Shown piece after piece: positions 15,352-16,535 of a stretch of DNA of 16,535 bases; the first letter of the stretch is position 1, and the number at the start of each line of letters is the position of its first letter. Source of the stretch: Nitrospinales bacterium (GTDB lineage Bacteria > Nitrospinota > Nitrospinia > Nitrospinales > JAJDAT01); assembly GCA_046757665.1 (NCBI GenBank), contig JBHHYO010000062.1, positions 1-16,535 of the forward strand. The letters are read 5' to 3'. Under the pieces are notes generated by a model, which saw nothing but the letters and a program-made list of their open reading frames with translations, was not told the DNA's origin and ran no database searches. Both the position numbers and the translations under genes were made by a program.

Positions 15352-16479
15352 ATGAACCGCAATTTATATTCACCAACCGCTTTCTGCCTAGCGCTGGCGC
15401 TCGCCTTGACGGCCGCCGTGCCCCGCGCGGCAAACGCCGGAGTTAATCTGGAACAACTTCGGCCACCCGACGGCGTCCGCATCAGCGTTTTCGCCGACAA
15501 CGTGCCGACCGCCCGCCACATGGCGTTCGACGACCAGGGCAACCTGTTTCTGAGCCAGACGCGCAGGGGCCGGGTGGTCGCCCTGCCGGACGCCGACCAC
15601 GACGGCAAGGCCGACGAGGTGGTGTCCATTCTCAAGGGACACCGGGCGCCGCACGGCCTGGCGTTCGCGCAACTCGGCCCGGACTACTATCTCTACGTCG
15701 CCGAGGAGACGCGGGTGATCCGCATGAAACGCATCGGCAAACCGTTCCGCTACGGCGCGCCGGAGAACGTCGTCTCCGGCCTGCCCGGCGGCGGCCACTA
15801 CACGCGCACGATCAAAATCAGGGAGGACTGGCTTTACCTTTCCGTGGGGTCTTCCTGCAACGTCTGCGAGGAGGACAACGCGATCCGCGCCGCCATCTCG
15901 CGGTTTGCCCTGCGGGAACACAAGGGCGGCATCTTCGCCTCCGGCCTGCGCAACACGGTGGGCATGGAGTTCTCGCCGTACACCGGGGAACTGTGGGGCG
16001 TCAACAACGGACGCGACCATCTGGGCGACGACCAGCCGCGCGAGGAACTCAACATCATCCGCCAGGGCAAACATTACGGCTGGCCGTACTGTTACGGATC
16101 GCAAATACCCGACCCGGACCTCGGCGAGCATTACGACTGCCGCCGGACGGAGCCGCCGGCGCACACCTTCACCGCCCACATGGCGCCGCTGGGCATGGCG
16201 TTCTACCGCGCCGGCAACCTTCCCGAAAAGTATAACAACAGCCTGTTCATCGCCTTTCACGGCTCCTGGAACCGCTCGACGCCCGCCGGTTATAAAGTCG
16301 TGCGCGTCGTCCTCACCGAAACCGGAAACATCGTCCGCCACGAGGACTTCATCACCGGCTGGTTGCAAGCCGACGGCGGCAAAACCGGCAGACCCGTGGA
16401 CCTCGAACTCTCGCCCGCCGGCGACTTGCTCCTCTCCGACGACCACGCCGGGGTGGTGTATTTGATCCGGAAGAAGTAG
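15352..16479 (+). CDS. Secreted PQQ-dependent sugar / L-sorbosone dehydrogenase family beta-propeller protein (375 aa)
   Basis: From ATG 15352: Sec signal peptide (..LALALALTAAVPRAANA). Motifs GGHYTRTI, VGSSCNVC, ASGLRNTVG, GRDHLGDD, YGWPYC, AHMAPLG, FHGSWNR, GRPVD and SDD. The track start at 15064 overlaps metH and is rejected. Confidence 0.9.
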   Translation: MNRNLYSPTAFCLALALALTAAVPRAANAGVNLEQLRPPDGVRISVFADNVPTARHMAFDDQGNLFLSQTRRGRVVALPDADHDGKADEVVSILKGHRAPHGLAFAQLGPDYYLYVAEETRVIRMKRIGKPFRYGAPENVVSGLPGGGHYTRTIKIREDWLYLSVGSSCNVCEEDNAIRAAISRFALREHKGGIFASGLRNTVGMEFSPYTGELWGVNNGRDHLGDDQPREELNIIRQGKHYGWPYCYGSQIPDPDLGEHYDCRRTEPPAHTFTAHMAPLGMAFYRAGNLPEKYNNSLFIAFHGSWNRSTPAGYKVVRVVLTETGNIVRHEDFITGWLQADGGKTGRPVDLELSPAGDLLLSDDHAGVVYLIRKK

Positions 16480-16535
16480 AAGGCGGTTGGCGGTTGGACG
16501 GGGCGGTTGCCCAAACCTATTTCTGGTTCCCACGC

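Noticed and set aside
15856..15870. CNVC as a c-type heme site
   Set aside because: Followed by Glu, not His; it is a normal motif of this dehydrogenase family.

Overview
Mostly a housekeeping region of a diderm (LPS-making) bacterium; gene content and order suggest a Nitrospinota/Nitrospirota/deltaproteobacteria-like lineage, which is inference only. On the minus strand, in transcription order: metH (B12-dependent methionine synthase), clpC, then bamA-skp-fabZ-lpxA-gnnA-like oxidoreductase-lpxI-lpxB-DUF374/LpxJ-like acyltransferase, then glnB (PII) and the first 17 codons of glnA. On the plus strand, divergent from metH, is a secreted PQQ-type sugar/sorbosone dehydrogenase. I see no mobile element, CRISPR array, rRNA/tRNA or defence system, and I cannot claim a wholly new biological system. 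The best leads are four. (1) The 435-bp region upstream of glnB-glnA shows a sigma54 / IHF / paired NtrC-like box architecture with a non-canonical -12, followed by a long GC-rich leader with competing hairpins that could be an attenuator or riboswitch. (2) The lipid A cluster points to a diamino-sugar (GlcN3N) backbone: gnnA-like gene coupled to an LpxA with an altered QDLK loop, with gnnB and lpxD absent from the cluster. (3) A Shine-Dalgarno-led 17-codon ORF sits inside a hairpin between the gnnA-like gene and lpxI. (4) MetH has a divergent cobalamin-binding motif.
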